DNA of 64,000 nucleotides from Octopus vulgaris (lineage: Eukaryota), in NCBI GenBank assembly GCA_951406725.2, contig OX597819.1, positions 29,512,001 to 29,576,000 of the forward strand. Reading direction: 5' to 3'. Under the pieces are notes generated by a model. It had not been told where the DNA came from. It made no database searches and was given only the letters and a program-made list of their open reading frames with translations. Both the position numbers and the translations under genes were made by a program. Shown one piece after another: positions 12,617-25,775 of the stretch. Position 1 is the first letter of the stretch. Every line of letters begins with the position of its first letter.

Positions 12617-12624
<8 letters not shown>
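12553..12624. repeat. 34-bp inverted repeat with 4-nt loop
   Basis: ATATCCCTAGGAATTGATGGAGTCGTTGCTATAA-ctga-TTATAGCAGTGACTCCATCAATTCCTAGGGATAT, two mismatches. Confidence 0.95.
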
Positions 12625-12649
<25 letters not shown>

Positions 12650-12663
12650 CTTTCTCTTTACTC

Positions 12664-12876
12664 TACTCTTTTACTTGTTTCAGTCATTTGACTGTGGCCA
12701 TGCTGGAGCACCACCTTTAGTCGAGCAAATCGGCCCCAGGACTTATTCTTTGTAAGCCTAGTACTTATTCTATTGGTCTCTTTTCCCAAACCGCTAAGTT
12801 ACAGGGATGTAAACACATCAGCATCGGTCATCAAGCAATGTTGGGGAGACAAACACAGACACACAAACACACACAT

Positions 12877-12913
<37 letters not shown>

Positions 12914-13111
12914 TACAACAGGCTTCTTTCAGTTTCCGTCTACCAAATCCACTCACAAGGCTTTGGTCAGCCTGAGGCTATAGTAGAAGACACTTGCCTA
13001 AGGTCCCACACAGTGGGACTGAACCCGGAACCATGTGGTTTGTAAGCAAGCTACTTACCACAGAGCCACTCCTGTGCCTATATCTACTTACCACAGAGCC
13101 TCTCCTGTGCC
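12664..13111 (-). mobile_element. Family A SINE with a ~33-bp tandem duplication of its head
   Basis: Matches 57008-57391. CTACTTACCACAGAGCC.CTCCTGTGCCTATA occurs twice at 13051-13114. Confidence 0.85.
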
Positions 13112-13199
13112 TATATATATATATATGATGCATATAAAACAAAACTATACCTTTACCTAAGGCCTGCAAAGATTTCTGTATGCTCTTTAAATTATCCCT

Positions 13200-14100
13200 C
13201 CCTCCACAGTACCATGCACAACTACATTCAAAATGCTTGCATTCATAACGGATATAGCAAAATCATTGAGCAAGTCACTTAAACTACACATTTTCAAAAT
13301 ATTTTGGAACTTAATGAATGCCCTACATCTTTCACCTAAGCCTAATGTAAAATAGAAACAACCACCACAAGAATATCTCTAAACTACTACATCCTAGAGA
13401 GACTACTACCACTAAAATTCATAAAGCCATTTGCAGAAAAGGGGTAGACATTTATCCAGCTCTATCTGACTCTTTACATCATTGAAATCCTTGCAAAAAA
13501 AAACAAAAAAAAACAACATATGCATGATAACAAACTACTCTATCCACAACACAAACATGTCTGCATGCATATGTAGTGTACCATAAAACTACACTAGAAT
13601 TAAGGAACACCTACAAATACATACTTTCTTAGTTCAAAATATCTCAATGAATGCTACAATTATGAAGTGGGAATATATATCACAATTACTAACCAGAGTA
13701 TTAGTGGCTGAGAATCAAAAAGCTATTCTCACCAAACAACAAACTGGAAATCAACAACAGAACTGACTTGAACAGCACTATTCTATTTAATTACCTTTCA
13801 CATGTAGCCTTTTCTTTTACCACATCACAAATTTTACCACACCTACAGCTCAATAAACCTGCCCTGCTATTCTCAAAATATCTTATATATGGACTAACCT
13901 TACCTTGAAGTTCAGCAATCTGTCCCACCACCACTTTATACATTTGTACTAATTAGTTATGTTATGTCACCTACTGTAGACACACCAAGCTACCTGCTAC
14001 TAATGATACTACCAAATGCAACCAATCATAACTACTTATACAGTAATTCAAGCATTGCCATTCATTACACTGCACTAGAATGGCTTGCTGATAACAATAA
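13200..14100 (+). pseudogene. Highly decayed Penelope-like element remnant (possible GIY-YIG region)
   Basis: Short stretches read VVY...TRIKEH, followed by a C/A-rich tail. Weak motif-level evidence only. Confidence 0.3.
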
Positions 14101-14157
14101 ATATTTTACTTTTATTTGAAAAAGGAAATTTTTGCCCCAAAAATATTTTAAAGTTAT

Positions 14158-14533
14158 TAGGCATGTAAAAAGTACCATTAGAGCGTGATCATTACCTGTG
14201 TCGGCTTACTGGTACTTGTGCTGGTGGCATGTGAAAAAACATTCAAGCGTGGTTGTTGCTAGTGCTGCTGGACTGGCTCCTGTGCAGGTGGCACACAAAA
14301 AGCACCATTTGAGCATGGCCGTTGTTAGTACCGCCTGACTGGCCCTCGTGCTGGTGGCACGTAAAAGCACCCACTACACTCTCGGAGTGGTTGGCGTTAG
14401 GAAGGGCATCCAGCTGTAGAAATTCTGCCAGATCAGATTGGAGTCTGGTGCAGCCATCTGGTTTTCCAGACCTCAGTCAAATCGTCCAACCCATGCTAGC
14501 ATGGAAAGCGGATGTTAAACGATGATGATGATG
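14158..14533 (+). mobile_element. Family D retroposon with several upstream internal repeat units
   Basis: Repeated ..TGTGC(C/T)GGTGGCA(C/T)GTAAAAAGCACC.. units precede the shared tail. Confidence 0.85.
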
Positions 14534-14644
14534 AATAAAATATTTTTTCTCATTATTTTCAATCATTGGCATAGCCTTACATATTCTGCTTCATTTCTCT
14601 CCTGCATCGCTCAAAAGTTTTTGCGAACATTTATTTCATGTACA

Positions 14645-15060
14645 GGATCTTTTCGGTTTGAACGGCAGTTTTTTTCTAGTGGTGTCATATGAAATTGTCA
14701 TCCGTAATTATGACCCTAGTATCGATCTATTGCATTTCAATCTGTTTTAGGGTTAGGGTTAGGGGGAAGGGTATTTTTTTTTTCTTCACAAATGTAAATA
14801 AACCCAATCTGTTTCTTAAACGAGGGACATATTCATATGGCACAGATTGTTTTTTTACCTCAATAGATGTCAGTGATTGGTTGAAATTGCAGAAATTGAA
14901 GAAAAAAACAACAACAAATATCTTACAAACTATAGAATTTTCTCAATAAAGCCAAGAGAAAAAGATGTTTTATAAACACATTCTACCAGTATACGAAGTT
15001 TAAAATTTTTTAGTTACCTAGAAATTATGATAAAAACTGCCGTTCTAACCTAAAAGATCC
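14645..15060. mobile_element. MITE with GG-starting ~28-bp TIRs and 8-bp TSD (Merlin-like)
   Basis: TIR GGATCTTTTCGGTTTGAACGGCAGTTTT vs AAAACTGCCGTTCTAACCTAAAAGATCC. TSD CATGTACA at 14637-14644 and 15061-15068. Confidence 0.9.
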
Positions 15061-17929
15061 CATGTACATGTATTGCAATACTTTAAGTAAATTACAATAC
15101 TCTGTAATAATTTTAGTTTTAACCAAGCCATAACTGCATTTAGTTTATTAGCCCTTAAATTAGTCAATTAAGCATATCAGTGGTTTCATAGTTGGAAAGA
15201 CATTAACAAAAGTCAGATGCTTACTTACTCAGATACTATTCAATATCTACAATCACAAAAGTGAGGCAAAGAAACAATAATTGTAATAAAGACAACAGAT
15301 TCATAGCTTCATATGCAAAGCTCCAGTTTCAAAATAACCAAAGTATAAAATCTGAACACAGGCATTATGCATTCAACCTCGAGATTTTAATTAAATTTAC
15401 AACTGTATAGAGAAGAAAAAATTATTACTTTAATGGCTAATTCTAGTCAGGAGGAGCAGGGGTAACAGCTCTGGAATTTGAATGAAAAAAGATTGCAATA
15501 AAAAGTGGGTCTGACTTAAAACAATATGGTAACAACTCAGGATGTGTTTCAAACTTATTAGACCTCATCAGCGAAACAGTAGTATAATAATCATTGTCCA
15601 GCGAGGATCAAAGCAGCCTTGAGGAAACTGACTCACTGATGATGCTTAATAATACAAAAACATGTTCATAAATAGTTGTCACCATGCCTGTTGTTAAATG
15701 TCAGTTTTTCCTCCAAAACATGAATTTTTTTTTTCTTTTGTAAAATTAATTCTTAATAACTTTAAATTATCTTTCCCTTTTTCTTTGGCAATTATAAACG
15801 ATTACCACTAACTATTTGTATTGTTGTCTACATATTTTACAGTTGTTAGTGATTTCTAATAAGCTTTTTCTTTTTCTACATGTGATAATACATTAAAAGC
15901 AGCAAAACCTTTATGGTTTAATATTCAAAGCCAGTTTTTATCACATAAAAATTATACTGTTGATCTCTTTATTGAATAATATTAAAACATCAGTATGATC
16001 ACTGTTCTATAAAAACAACCTTTGAGGTCATAAACATTAACAGATCAAATAAGAAAATAATTGTGAAATAAAAGGCAGTTTTAGCAACAATATTTCATAT
16101 ATTTTCATTTTCTTTCAATTTTTTTATCGTTTAAATTTTCTTCATTTTATCCATAAGAATAGTTTCCTTGTAACAAGTTTTTAAATTTTTTTTTTTCCCC
16201 CTTTTTTGCACTTCAAACTTTCAAGGCATATAGAAATGTTTTTATAGCATTGGCAAGATAAAAGGTAAAATGTCAAACAGTTTTCTCAGATACATTTTTG
16301 TTCAAAATATTTACAAAAAACAAAAATTATCAATTTTTTTTTATTTATAGGAAACCTTTTTACATATACAATACAAGCCAAAATAATTTATTTTCTTTAT
16401 GGTTATTTAAAGTTCTATTTTGACATTAAAAGAAAATGGAGTGGAGGACTGTATTTCATTTAAGAACAGACAAATCTTAATGAGTTTAAAAAGTAGGAAA
16501 TAAAGTTTTTTTCTTTCAATGGATTTTTTTTACTTGCAAGTTACAAAATAACATATTTTACATAGATAAATACGTTTTTAATTATAATTTTTTTTCTTTT
16601 TTGCTTGTATTAGACACATTAAATAGAATGTATACATGAAAAGAATCTAGTGTATAGAAAACTAAAGAAAAACTTAATAATTTACACTATAGTGTATGTG
16701 AAGAACACAGGTCTGTTTGGAAATTATCTGAATTGAAATATTTAGCATAAAGAAATATCTTGATACTTTCAGAAAAAAAAGTGAAAAAGAAATTGGTTTT
16801 TGAGAAACACTCGTATTAAACACACAGACCAATTGTTAACTATCTCACTAACATAACAGTTAATAACTAAAACTATTTACTAACTTAGTTACATCAACAG
16901 TTTGCTAGTTAATAAAAATAAATAAAAACTTGGCTTATACATAAAAGATAGTTAAAAGTCAATTTAGTAGAATTACTTGATACAAGATAGATTTTGTTTC
17001 GTTTTTTTTTTCTTGAGAAAAAAAATGTTTAGAAGAAATAATTAATGTAAATATTATTCTATGTTTAAAGTTAGACAACTTAAAAGAATTTAAAGTAAGA
17101 TATTTTGATATTCAAAACAGATTTTTATGGACTTGAATTTTAAATTAATAATAATTGCTTTCTAATCTCAGACATGGACCATTGAGAAAGAATCACTTAA
17201 AAGATTTATCCAAGTATAATACTGATTTCTTTTCACTAGACAAAAGCAGAATGTTCGTAAGATGTGGAGAGAGTTATATAGTTAATAAATATAACTTCTC
17301 CTCCTTCTCACCCCATTAGATTGCCAATACATATTTTTTTAATCCAAGAGAGTTGTAAAAAAATATGGCCAAGTGTGATGCATTTTGTGGTGTTTTATGA
17401 GAGATTTAATTATATGTTCATCTGTTTGATAGTTTTGGTTCATGTAATAGATCTGATACACGGTTTGTGCATTTCTTTTAGGTGTATTCTCTGATATAGT
17501 TGTTGTATTGTATTGATATCTGTATTCCTTGATAGCTTAGAATATCCATTGTCACTTAATGTTTGTTTAGTTTCATGTATTTCTTTATCTGGTGCATTGT
17601 TTGTGAACAAGATGAATACTCTTCAGAGAAGTAATTTTAACACTCACAAAGTTGTGTGGGCATTCATTGCCTCTGTGTAAGTATAAGCATTTTTTTGATT
17701 TATCGATGTGCACTGACATAGTGCATCTGGAACATTTTTTGTCAGTATGTCATGTCTAAAATTGGAGTCTAATTTTTATTATTCTGGTTGTTCAATTTTA
17801 ATATACAAAAAACCACCAAACAGCAAAAAACCTTATCATAACACACCACAAGCAAGTATGCTCAAAAACAAACAGATGATTTATAAATTTGACAGTAAAA
17901 CAAAGTTGAAAACTTCAGGACACTAGCCA

Positions 17930-18240
17930 TTACACTGGGCAGGCCATTACAATACTTTTATGTTGACCCACAAAGGCTTGGCTGGCTTCATGATCTTGCT
18001 TGATGAGGCTGGGATCATTCCAAGTTAGTAATTCCAGAGACATCATTATGCGTAGAACCAACCAGGTCCACCAGTGCTCTCCATCACTGGTGGTCTAATG
18101 TCAGCCCTTCTGCATCCTTCAAGGTGACATCAAGCCTATGGAGGTTTTCTCCAATCACGTCCAGCCATCTCGTGTGAGGCTTGCCACAGGGCCTCTTCCA
18201 GCTCACCACAGCTGCTGTATTGAATGAGAGTAAAGCCCCA
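17930..18240 (-). pseudogene. RTE-like LINE 3' end remnant
   Basis: WKRPCGKPHTRWLDVIGENL resembles the RTE C-terminal K(R)PRGRPR.RW.D.I motif. Confidence 0.55.
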
Positions 18241-20135
18241 GTAGAATAATCTAGACTAAAACTGTGCCTATATAAAAAAATCAATAAACTAAAAATGAAT
18301 AATATGGATGTTTGATTAGGAAGTTCATTTTATAACCATGCACAAATCCCACTGTATAGCACTTTGGTCAAGAGTCTTTTTCATATAGCTTTGGATTGAG
18401 CAATGCTTCATGAGTGAAACTTGGTAGACGGAAACATCATACATGTATGTATTCATGCATATACTAGCATAAAATGGTTAAGTGGCTAGTATTTAAGCCT
18501 ATAAACCAATGAAAACACATAAAAAGGTCATAATTCTAGTAGAACTTAACCATTGGCTATAATAAGTACCCTGAAAGCAGTACCCTAGTATGACTGCAGT
18601 CTAATGATAAACTATCAGGAATAAAACTACTTTAAGGCCATTTTTGTTTTAATTAGGAGAGAATGCCTATGATTCTATACAAGCCTTCAAGACTTGAAGG
18701 AAGGTATCCTGAAACCAGAAACATAGGTCTAATGTTTACAGCAGAGTAAACTCCATTAAAGGCACCTAATGTGCCAGGTACACTATTAAACCAGTGACAG
18801 ATCAAGTGTACCACCCAAGCCACAAAATTTGAAATGGGCAAGTTATCAATAATTTTGTTTATCAATGCTAAGAATATTTTGCTTTGTCTTAAGAAAAATA
18901 TTGTTAGAAGACACTATCAAGTTCCTTTTGTTTGAAACTGCCAATTCTTTTTGCACCTGAGAGATGAGATTTATACATACATACATACATATACACACAC
19001 ACACACACATACATATACATTATATGTGTGTGTCTGTAAGAGAGAGAACAAATTTGACCATCTTGTTAGAAATCCATTAACATGTTTGTCATCTCATTAG
19101 CTGATCTATCAATCAAACCTGAACTCAACCTATTTACCTACATTTAAGTTTAATATTGTTTAATTATTCTTTTCCTTTGCCTGTCATAATTCTACATTAT
19201 TATTATACTTATCACCAGAGTTAGTTCTAGTATTTGTTTGGTTTTTTTTTTTTTTTTTTTATGCTTTTTTTGTAAGTGTCAAATCTGTGTGAAACCAATC
19301 TCAAGAACAATCTGAGGAATTTGTTTAACCCTGATATTTAAGAATCCTTTTGGAAATTCTTTCTTTGAAATCATTGTTAAGTTGTTACAACCAGGTCAAC
19401 TCTGACTTAGAAAACATATCATCAAAAGCACTCCAGTTATGTCCCTTGCAAATACTAGTTTTTTTTTTTTGGGGGGGGGGTCCAGACACGGTGTAACAAG
19501 GATTACATTTATCTAATATGGTCTTTTTTTTATAAGGATATGTCTGATGTAAGGATACATCGAATGCTATTTCTACCAGGTTGAGAGACTATGTAGAAGC
19601 TTTCTCTTGTTAGCTCAGTTCTTATGTAGTTAAAGGAGAGAGAATGACATCCATGACGATGATGGGTCTTCACAGAGAAGTGAGATCAATGTAATTGACA
19701 TTCAGTTTTGACAGATGTTTGAGTGAAACCAATAGATAAAAATGTGATGAGAGAAAATTGCAAATAGAAGTAACTAAGAGGACAAAGCACTGAATGAAGT
19801 GATTATTCTAGATTTTCAAAATGCAGACATAAAAGTGATGTAATTGGACTGAGGAGGTACACAGCTCGGAAGTTCAGAGACCATTATAGTAGCAATAAAA
19901 TACAGAGAGAGAAAACAGAATGTTTATGGGCATAGTGATTGTACCAATTACTCAGATACCGTTTCTTTGGATGTTTCTGTGTATAGCAGAAACACCGATC
20001 AAGTATAGTACACCAATGTAGGGCACTGCTGAGGGTCACAGTAATTTGTCAGCAGTATTCAAAGCTGAAGTATTCACTAGTCCTAAAGTTGAACACTAGA
20101 TTTTAAGATGCAGTTTTCATGCTTTGATTTAATCC

Positions 20136-20418
20136 AGTTCTATATTTAAGAGATGTGGAGTTATGCACATTATTTACATTCGACGGATGTTTGTCCTCAT
20201 CTTGTTTGTTGTAAACACAACATTTTGACTGATATACCCTCCAGCCTTCATCAGGGGTCTTGGGGAAATTTCAAACCTGGGTTCTCATTCCTAAAGTATT
20301 TTTCAATGTTGTTATTATTATTATTATTCAGGTCACTGCCTGGAATCAAACTCAGAACCTTGGAGTTAGTAGCCTGCACTCTTAACCCCAAGATTCTGAG
20401 TTTGATTCCCAGCAGTGA

Positions 20419-20459
<41 letters not shown>

Positions 20460-20596
20460 TCGAAAAATACCTTAGGAATGAGAACCCAGGTTCAAAATTT
20501 CCCCAAGACACCTGATGAAGGCTGGAGGGTATATCAGCCAAAACGTGTTAACAACAAACACGATGAGGACAAATATCCATCAAATGTAAATAATGT
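20136..20596. mobile_element. Head-to-head inverted pair of a tRNA-headed element with a hammerhead-containing tail
   Basis: Arms about 20167-20368 and 20383-20596. Head GGTTAAGAGTGCAGG-CTACTAA-..GAGTTTGATTCC, then (AAT)n, then CTGATGA-A-GGCTG..CAGCC-(A)AAAC. Confidence 0.8.
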
Positions 20597-20999
20597 AAAT
20601 AATGTTTGATTTAATTCTTCTGGCACCAACTTGCTTGAGAATGTTCCTGGCACTATGATACAGTTTTTCTGTTTTAAATAGATCTAAATTAAAATCGTCT
20701 ATTAAAATTTCATGCTAATTTGTTCCACACACCACCTTATTAATGGCAGTTATTTTACTAAATTCTTCATTATCTTAACACTTTTGTAACCATATTGCTG
20801 CTTAAATGCACTGCCTTTTGTTTCAATTAATTCTTAAGTCACCATGTGAGATCAAGAGACAGTGAGACCAAATATATTGAGATATCAGGTTTTATCTATT
20901 TGCTGTCCATGAACAGTAAGGATGTAGTGCAAGACTATTTTTCTTGATATGTGTAATGACTGGTTTTGTGTTGTTGAAGGCATGTAGACAGTCTCATAT

Positions 21000-21430
21000 T
21001 TAACCTTTCAGTATTCAGATAACTGTCAAATGTAATGCTTATTTATTCACATTGTGTTGAATTAATCATGCATTCTCCTGTAGCCTCGAGATTTTGATGC
21101 TGTAACTTTAGTTTTTCAATGACATCATATAGGGTAGGTGTTGGCAGCTGGATCTGGCCAGTTTGAACATAAAACAGGTAGAATATTATTGAACATAAAA
21201 CAAGTAGATCGTTAGCCACTACACACATTTTTTCTCTCCTTGTTTTTTCTGTGTCCCTTTCTGTAGAAGAGCGTAGGCTCGAAATGTAAAAGACTTTTCC
21301 TATTCCTGAGCATTATACTAATACATCTGTTTGTTTAGTACACCACCTGTCTTCGTCTTTTGTTTTTTTTTGTAAACTCTCCCTAGAATATTTTAGCTGG
21401 ATGTGGCTAGTTTAAATGCTAAATGGTTAA
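21000..21430 (-). mobile_element. piggyBac-like MITE interrupted by a Penelope-type remnant (about 21188-21385, hammerhead variant at 21258-21291)
   Basis: TTAA-flanked ends homologous to 39496-39715. TAGAATATT flanks the insert on both sides. Motif TTT-CTGTAGA-A-GAGC gtag GCTC-GAAAT-GTA-AAA. Confidence 0.7.
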
Positions 21431-22844
21431 AGGAGAATGTTTCTGAAGTTTCTATCATGAAAGCAATCAAAGTGTGGTGGAAGATGTCTTGGTTGCACAC
21501 AAAATATCCCAGGTTTGCTACGAAAGAGTGTCAAATTGAAGACGACATTGAGAACAAGGAATTAGGAGACAGTAGCCATCTTTTGTGCCACTCAGATTTC
21601 AGCTGCCTCAGTATTGATACTGAGACTGAGCCTCAGTTGGGAAGTCTTTTCTAGAGGTACTCTCTGACAAGCAGCAGAACTAAGAGGTTAGTCAGAATCA
21701 GCATTTCAAGAGACTATTTAATTCTCAGACCAGAGCACTGGTCTAATTGCTTGTAACAGAATAATGTCTTTAAAAAGTGGAAACAGGACTATAATAGTTC
21801 AGTGAAATAAACAACGAGTTATAAAATGTTTCTCAATGTAAAACAATGCTATTATGTTAACTCTGTTATTTGGGGTTTAATAATAAATAGTAAAAGCACA
21901 ACAAAGCAGAAAACGGACATCAACATGAATCAAACAAGAAAAAATATGTTTATAAAATATATAAACTCAATAACAAGAATGAAAACAATATACATGCTCT
22001 ACACTTGTTAAAACATATTACTCACACGGAGTATAAAACAGACAAGTTACATATGAATGGAGATATAACACTTAACAGGTAAATGACATCATCAGCAGAA
22101 CAGAGCGGAAAAACCACTTCTCAACAAACTTTTGTTAGTACCAGATTTTTTTGTGAAATCATCTAATCCACATTAGCCAAGAAAAACGGAAGTAAAATTC
22201 TAGAAGCACAAACACATACACATTTAAGATAGAAAAAAATAAACCCTACAAACAATAAAAAATAAATCTGTTTATTCCAACACCCAGTTAGAACAGATCA
22301 ATTTACATGGTTTTTGTTATCAGAGCTATGCTTCACATGAGTAGTTTTATTTACTTTATCCACAAAAAATTCCAAAAATAAGATAAATTGAGAAAACAGA
22401 GAGTAAACTGGTTTGCCCAGAACCACAATGAAATACTTGCAGGAGGTCGACAGAATCCATGAGTAAACAGTTCAATATGTAATCTACCAAATCCATGGTT
22501 TCTAATGTTTCAAGCATTTTATTATTTTATCTCCATTTGATTAAAGTACACAATATCCTTGTTTTACTTCAGTAATGACATATAAACCATAGAGAAAACC
22601 TTATATAACACTACGTTCTAATGTATCACAGATACATTAGGGCAAAACAACAACCTATGGTGGAATCCACAGAAGTAAATGATCATATTAATGAATTGTG
22701 TGTAATATATGTTTTAAACTATGATAAAATATTTACAATCAACAACTTGGGGAATAAATCATTAATAATCTTTAAAACTAAACAATAAATTAATATCATC
22801 ATTTTTATATCCACCCTGTTCCTGCTTTCCACCACAAAGTCCAA

Positions 22845-23122
22845 TCCTTGTTGTGCTGTGGTGGCTTATATCTCAATGACCCTGAAAGTTATGGCCAGCA
22901 GAGCACAAGGCCTCTATCCTTTGATTGAGGCCAGACAAATATTGATCACTTCTTCCTAGAGGTAAAAATGGGTTTGCATAGGGCTAACACCCTTCTCTAG
23001 CCAAAGATAAACTCACAGAAGCAAGCCAACAATACCTGGGAGAAGAAGGCTTTCTCAGAGTTGAAAACAGTGAAGAAAAGCCATTGATGGCCCATGCTCC
23101 ACTGGGAATACAGGGCTTAAGT
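22845..23122 (+). mobile_element. Probable internally deleted RTE-type non-autonomous element
   Basis: 5'-UTR-like block (..GGGCTAACACCC..) joined to a 3' tail-like block GGCCCATGCTCCACTGGGAAT..GGGCTTAAG. Pattern recognition only. Confidence 0.35.
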
Positions 23123-23572
23123 ATATTTGTGTTTGCATGTAATGGATCAAGTATGCTGAGTCAGTAATATACAGCAAACGCACTTCCTGTCACCAGCCCT
23201 AATATATTTTCAAGTGAGGTACTTATTCTCTTAGTTTTTAACTAGATGGACTGCTCTTTGCCCATACATGTTTTTTACAGCAGTCACAAACAATGATGAT
23301 ACTGCCTAAATAGTGATATTGTTTTTCACTAATGTACACAAACGATGTCAAGAAACAAATGGGCAAACAAAAGCACACATAATTTTCTCACTCTTGGAGT
23401 GGTTGACATTAGGAAGAGCATCCAGGTGTAGAAACCATGCCAAATCAGACTGGGACCTGGTGCAGCTCTCCGGCTTACTAGTTCCAGTCAAACCATCTAA
23501 CCCCATGCCAGCATGGAAAGCAGGTGTTAAATGATGATGATGATGTTATACACACACACGCACACACACACA

Positions 23573-24540
23573 CAGGTGGAAGGGTTGCAAAGTTCATAGG
23601 TTGGCTATGAAGGAGTGATGCTAGAGCTGTGAAATCTTGCATGCATTAATTTTAACTCTTCTTATTAATAACTGCATTGTTTCTTTCCAGGTAAACTCAC
23701 ATCTGACTGTTCAAAGAATTCTTCAAAAGTAAACTAGCAGCAAATTCTCTTAAAAATAGAGAAAATTTGGCATTGTCATGTTATCAAGTACCTGCAGAAA
23801 GAGGGATTAGCCCCCAAGGACATTCATGTTGACATGCTTGCTACTTCAGGGGATGATGCTCCAGCTTTATCAACAGTGTAAAAAGTGGGAAGCTATGAGG
23901 GAAAGGAGAATCTTGAAGATGAACCAAGGTATCCTGCAATTGCCACCATTGAGGAAAACATTGTGTTCACTTCGTGGTGATGGAGGACAGGTGATTCACT
24001 ATAAATCGAATAGCAAATGCTATTAGCATATTCTGTTAGAGAGTTGAGAACATTCTGCACAATAAACTTGGCATGACAAAGGCTTCTGCTCAGTGGGGGC
24101 CATGTCTTCTGACACTTCATTGAAAGTGCACCAGGTTGATCACAACACAGGAAAATCTAACATTGTTTGAGGTAGATCCAGCTGGTTTCCTTGAACATTT
24201 CTTAACCCAGGATGAGTGTTGGCTTCATCACTTTGAACCAGAGACAAAGGGACAATCCATGCAGTGGAAATACCCGTCCTCACCTTCCCCAAAGAAGGCC
24301 AAGGTCATTTCATCTGCAGGGAAGGTAATGGTCTCAGTTTTTTGGGGATACAAAAAGGCATTGTATTAGTTGACTATCTTCAGAAGGGCCACACCATCAA
24401 TGGAGAGTACTATGCCAACTTGCTGAGGCAGTTACGAAAGGTTATCAAGACCAAACGCCCAGGAAAACTAGTGAAAGGAGTCTTGTTTCATCAGGATAAT
24501 GCTCCAGCACACAAATCTTAGTTTCAATGACTGCTGTGTG
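23573..24540 (+). pseudogene. Mariner transposon, decayed and 3'-truncated transposase
   Basis: Across frames: (M)EKIWH..VIKYLQKEGL.PKDIH.DML, FLTQDECWLHHFEPETK.QSMQW, KVMVSVFWG, DYLQKGHTINGEYYANLL, FHQDNAPAH. These contain the first two catalytic Asp motifs of DD34D mariners. Confidence 0.93.
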
Positions 24541-24769
24541 AGACTATTGAAGACAGATTTTCTATGGGTGATGCCCTTTTTGGCATCCACCAGTTCAAAG
24601 CCACAAACTCTGTCTGACCCATACTAGCATGGAAAAGTGGACATTAAATGATGATAACGTTTATAGAAAGAGCATTCACATTGCTACCAATTATTGCATC
24701 TTTAAAGTCACATACTGAAAATTCCACCATATTTGCTATTGGCTTTTATCTACAACCCTACATAACAAG

Positions 24770-25015
24770 CCCTCACTATAAATCCTTCCAAACTCCTTTC
24801 TACATTCACTTGGTTGCATCACCATGTACACAGTCACTACATTTGAAAACTTTTCCAGTTGCACAAACCAACATGGCAGTGAGTTCCAATGGCTTCCCAT
24901 CTATCATTCTCAATCATTACACTTTAGAGCTAGCTTCTGTCCTTAACAAATTCTTCAGTCTCTCTATTTCTCTCTCTCTCTCTCTCTGTGCCTCTCTCTC
25001 TGTCTGTCTGTCTGT

Positions 25016-25052
<37 letters not shown>

Positions 25053-25420
25053 AGAATTTATCCCAGTATTTTGAAACACATCACAGTGAATCTCATCCAC
25101 AAAAAAGTGATGTCACTAGCTTTGCCAACTTGTAATCTATTGCTCTCAACTTCAAAGTAATGAGATTCTATAATCATCTTGATTTTCTCATTCAGTAACC
25201 TTCAGTATGGTTTCTAAACAAGGTCTGCCAGACACTTACTCTCACATGTCATTCACTTGTGGTCACTTGTACTTGAAAAAGCAATTTCAGCTCACTTTAT
25301 ACTAATAAAACAGTGAGCCATATCTAGAATGAGAACCTCCCAATTCAGCGACCTTGTTATGGTGCACATCCATCTATCCTTTCTTGGAATATAGACTTCT
25401 CCATAATACTTCATGTACTG
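24770..25420 (+). pseudogene. Decayed non-LTR RT fragment (CR1/Jockey-like) interrupted by a (CT)n tract
   Basis: NGFPSIILNHYTLELASVLNKFFSLS..IYPSILKHITVNLIHKK, followed by QYGF, resembles the RT domain 0-2 region. Confidence 0.55.
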
Positions 25421-25556
25421 GTGAAAGAGTCACTAGTAAAGTGTAGAATATTATACATGAGTAGATGTAAAACTTTGCCTATTTTAGAGAATATATTACT
25501 GAATAAAACTACATCAGAATGAAAAGCAATAGTTAAGTTAGTGTTACCATATTTAA

Positions 25557-25775
25557 CACTTTAGCATTTAAAGCAGCCATATCCAGTCAAAATATTCTGT
25601 TTTATGTTCAAACCAGCTAGATCTGGCCTTTTACACCTACCCTACAATGTCGTTCAAAAAAATGAACAACCACATCATAGAAATCTCAAAGCTATGAGAT
25701 AATGCATGATTAATTCAAAACAAAAGTGAATAAAGAAGAATTACATTTGGAAGAATAATCTGAATGCTAAAGAAG
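25557..25775 (+). mobile_element. piggyBac-like MITE, diverged copy
   Basis: Homologous along its length to 39496-39715. Confidence 0.7.

Noticed and set aside
14158-14380. CRISPR-like repeat-spacer appearance of the family D units
   Set aside because: Eukaryotic context, spacers are related to one another, and the array is part of a dispersed retroposon with no cas genes.
15229-15246. 18-nt minus-strand micro-exon candidate
   Set aside because: Stops in all frames and no supporting motif. Too short to distinguish from chance.
21855-22282. Possible solo LTR (TGTT...AACA)
   Set aside because: No TSD and no PBS/PPT or second copy seen.
24648-25160. Longest ORF in the track (170 aa)
   Set aside because: Chimera of a retroposon tail, a decayed RT fragment and a (CT)n tract.
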